A stretch of 63,740 bases of DNA, counting the filler, from Octopus bimaculoides (taxonomy: Eukaryota), in NCBI RefSeq assembly GCF_001194135.2. It is 6 parts of 6 records of this genome, joined end to end, with 100 filler letters (N's around TTAATTAATTAA, not from the genome) between each part and the next. Parts side by side here need not be neighbours in the genome. Positions count along the whole stretch, not along the records: positions 60,147 to 62,548 come from NW_026331057.1; positions 62,649 to 63,740 come from NC_069001.1; 4 more parts are not named here. One strand, written 5' to 3'. The first letter of the stretch is position 1. Every line of letters begins with the position of its first letter. The position numbers were made by a program, and so were the translations under genes. Below, piece by piece: positions 60,147-63,740 of this stretch. The notes under the pieces were generated by a model, which was not told the origin of the DNA, did no database searches, and was given only the letters and a program-made list of their open reading frames with translations.

Positions 60147-62548
60147 ACGTACGTACGAACGACAGAACGAATGAACGAACGAACGAACGAACGTACGTAC
60201 GTACATTCATTCGTTCGGTTCGTACGAGTGAACGAATTAACCAACGAACGAACGAAAGAACGAACGTACGTACGTACGAACGAATGAACGAACGACCGAA
60301 CGGACGTACGAAGGAACGAAAGAAGAAACGACCGAACGTACGTAGGTACGTACGTATATACCTACCTACGAACGAACGAACGAACAAAATGGAGGGAGGA
60401 ACAAAATAACGTACGAACGAACGAATGAACGACCAAACGAAAGAACGAACGAACGGAAGAACGAACGAAAGAACGAACAAACGAACGAACGGACGGTCGA
60501 ATGAACGACAGAACGAACGAACAAGCGAACGAACGAACAAATGAACAAACGAACGAACGAAGGTACGTACGTACGTACGAAAGAACAAACGAACAAACGA
60601 ACGAACGAACGGAGAACGAACGAACGAACGAACGANNNNNNNNNNGACGGTCGAATGAACGACAGAACGAACGAACAAGCGAACGAACGAACAAATGAAC
60701 AAACGAACGAACGAAGGTACGTACGTGCGTAAGTACGAAAGAACAAACGAACGAAATAAAGATTCAACGAAGGTACGTACATACTTACGTACGAACGACA
60801 GAACGAACGAACGAACGAACGAACGAACAAACGAATGAATGAAATAACAAAAGCATGAACGTACGTACGTCCGAACAATCGAATGAATGTATGTACGTTC
60901 GAAGGAAAGAACGAACGAACGAACGAACAAACGATCAGAGGTAACTACGTCCGAACAAACGAATGAACGTTCGAAGGAAAGAACGAACAAATGAACGAAA
61001 GTACGAACGAAAGTACGTAAATGCGTACGTGAGTACGTACGATCGAACGAACGAACGAACGAACGAACGTACGTACGTACGTCAGAACGAACGACGAACG
61101 ATCGAAACGAACGAACGATCGAAACGAACGAACGAAACTGCGTACCAACGTACGAGGGAACGAAGGAACATACGTCCGAACGTAGGTACGTACGACCGAA
61201 CGACTGAACGTACGTATGTACGTACGTAGGTAAGTACGTACGTACCTACGAACGAACGAATGAACGAACGAACGTAAGTGCGTACGAATGTACGAATGAA
61301 GGAACGAACGAACGAACGACCGAACGTACGTACGTACATACGTACCTACGAACGAACGAACGAAAGAAATGAAGGAAGGAACAAAATTACGTACGAACAA
61401 ACGTATGTAGGTACGTAGGTACGTGCATACGTACGAATGAACGACCAAACGAAAGAACGAACATATGTACGTACGAAAGAACAAACGAACGATCGAACGA
61501 ACGAACGAACGGAAGTATGAACGAACGAACGAACGGTCGAATGATCAACAGAACGAACGAAAGATCGAACGAACGAGCGAACGAATGAACAAATGAGTAC
61601 GAACGAACGAAATAAAGATTCAACGAACGTACGTACATACGTAGGTACGAAGGAAGGAACGAAGGAAGGAACGAACGAAAGTACGTACGTACATTCATTC
61701 GTTAGGTTCGTACGAGTGAACGAATTAACCAACGAACGAACGAAAGAACGAACGTACGTACGTAAGAACGAATGAACGAACGAACGAACGTAGGAATGAA
61801 GGAACGAACGAACGTATGAAGGAACGAACGAACAATCGAACGAACGACCGAACGTCCGTACGAAGGAACGAAAGAAGAAACGAACGAACGACAGAACCTA
61901 CGTATGTACTACGTCTTTACGTACGTACATACGTACCTACGAACGAACGAACAAACAAAATGGAGGAAGGAACAAAATAACGTACGAACGAACGTACGTA
62001 GGTACGTACTTACGTACGTACGTACGAATGAACGACAGAACGAACGAACGAACGAGCGAACGAACGAACAAATGAACAAACGAACGAACGAAGGTACGTA
62101 CGTACGTAAGTACGAAAGAACAAACGAACGAAATAAAGATTCAACGAACGTACGTACATACGTACGTACGAACGACAGAACGAACGAACGAACGAACGAA
62201 CGAACGTACGTACATTCGTTCGGTCGGTTCGTACGAGTGAACGAATTAACCAACCAACGATCGATAGAACGAATGGACGAACGTACGTACGTACGAATGA
62301 GCGATGGAACCGACGTACAAACGAACGATAGAACGAATGTACGTACATACGTATGTACGTACACACGAAATATCGAAAGAACGTACGTACGTACGAACAA
62401 ATGAAGGAACGAGTGAACGAAAGAACGATCAGAATAACCAACGAACGAATGAACGAATGATCAAACGTAAGTACGTACGTACAAACGAATGACCGATAGA
62501 ACGAACGAACGAACAACCGAATGAATGAACTAACATACGAATGAACGT
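60147..62548. repeat. Complex (GAAC)n/(GTAC)n satellite with higher-order blocks
   Basis: 2.4 kb of interleaved GAAC and GTAC tetramers with recurring marker segments. Confidence 0.92.
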
Positions 62549-62648
62549 NNNNNNNNNNNNNNNNNNNNNNNNNNNNNNNNNNNNNNNNNNNNTTAATTAA
62601 TTAANNNNNNNNNNNNNNNNNNNNNNNNNNNNNNNNNNNNNNNNNNNN
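62549..62648. other. Assembly spacer N44-TTAATTAATTAA-N44
   Basis: Same 100-bp structure. Confidence 0.97.
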
Positions 62649-63504
62649 GGGAGTGAGAGAGAGGGAGTGAGAGAGAGGGAGTGAGAGAGAGGGTATATTG
62701 TGTGGGTGTGTGCGTGCGTTTATATGTTGTGTGTGTGTATTTGTGTATGTTAGCTTAGAGGCGAGTGTGTTAGTGTCTGTGTGTGTGTGGGGGGGGGCGT
62801 TGTGGCTGTGTGTGTGTGTGTGTGTGTGGAAACAAGTGTGATAGCGTGTATTAGTGTGTATTGTGTGTGTAGTGTGTGTATAATGTGTATGTATTGTGTA
62901 TGCCTATTGAGTATGTATTGTGTATGCGTATTGTGTGTGTATTGTGTGTGTTTATGTGTGTATGTATTGTGTATGTGTATTGTGTGTGCCAATTGTGTGT
63001 GCGTATTCTGTGTGTGTATATATATATGTGTGTAATTGGAGTGTAGAGGCAAGTCTATAACTGTATACGTGTGTGCGTTTGTGTGTGTGTGTGTATGTGT
63101 GACTGGAGGACAATTGTGTTTGTGTGTATGTGTGCATGTGTAGTGTGTGTGTTTATGGAGACATTTATGTGAGCGATTTGTATGTGTGTGTGTGTGCGTG
63201 TGTGTGTGTGCGTGTGTGTGTGTGTGTTTGAAAGAACGCTTCTGTTAGTGTGTGTGAGGAAGTGTGTGTGTGAGTAAGTGTGTGTGTGAGGAAGTGTGTG
63301 TGTGAGTGTGTGGAGGCGTATGTCAGAATACGCATGCGTGTATGTGTATGTATGTGTATGTGTGTCTATGCGTGTGTATACGTGTATGTATACATATTTA
63401 TGTTTGAACATGTGTACATACATTCATACATACATACATATTTCTATGTATGTATATATACACATATACAAATATATACAATATACATATATGTGTGTGT
63501 GGGG

Positions 63505-63547
<43 letters not shown>

Positions 63548-63620
63548 AATATATGAGTATATGCATATATATGTACATGTATGTACATACCTTCATCTAC
63601 ATGTACATATAGATGCATAT
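62649..63620. repeat. TG/TA-rich low-complexity tract
   Basis: Direct tandem runs. Confidence 0.9.
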
Positions 63621-63740
63621 CTGGGTACATGACATTGCAAAAGAACATGGACAAAATGATAAACAAGGTACAACAAACAAGCAGGCCACATAGAGAACAT
63701 ATCCTTCATCAGCTGCCACCATTAAAACACCGTTCCACAC

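Noticed and set aside
60091-62516. Many RSFV/RTNE-rich ORFs
   Set aside because: Translation of the tetranucleotide satellite, which rarely generates stops.

Overview
AT-rich animal genomic DNA, not prokaryotic. It is dense in microsatellites and tRNA-derived or RTE-tailed SINEs, in a style typical of octopod cephalopod genomes (taxon is an inference from repeat style, not verified). The window is a concatenation of six assembly pieces joined by five identical N44-TTAATTAATTAA-N44 spacers, plus many sized N gaps, so adjacency across spacers is not evidence of linkage. Only one convincing protein-coding region is present: an uninterrupted 811-codon ORF (6713-9148, minus). It encodes an unrecognised Cys/His/Pro-rich protein with eight 10-aa TP[E/D] repeats and a 40-His tract, and a decayed, stop-containing copy of its TPE block lies 3.2 kb away. 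The rest is transposon debris: four SINE families, RTE and Dong/R4 LINE fragments, a Penelope GIY-YIG fragment with an intact-looking minimal hammerhead ribozyme, Tigger and hAT transposase fossils, Tc1/mariner, hAT and Merlin-like MITEs, a Helitron end, and satellites. The best leads are: (i) the orphan His/TPE protein and its pseudo-copy; (ii) long fold-back hairpins that each carry a hammerhead-like core; (iii) two palindromic Merlin-like MITEs built around head-to-head telomere-like arrays, one of which splits a hAT transposase fossil. All alignments and translations were done by eye and no database searches were run. Boundaries of degenerate repeats are approximate (+/-20 bp). SINE family letters A-D are my own working labels.
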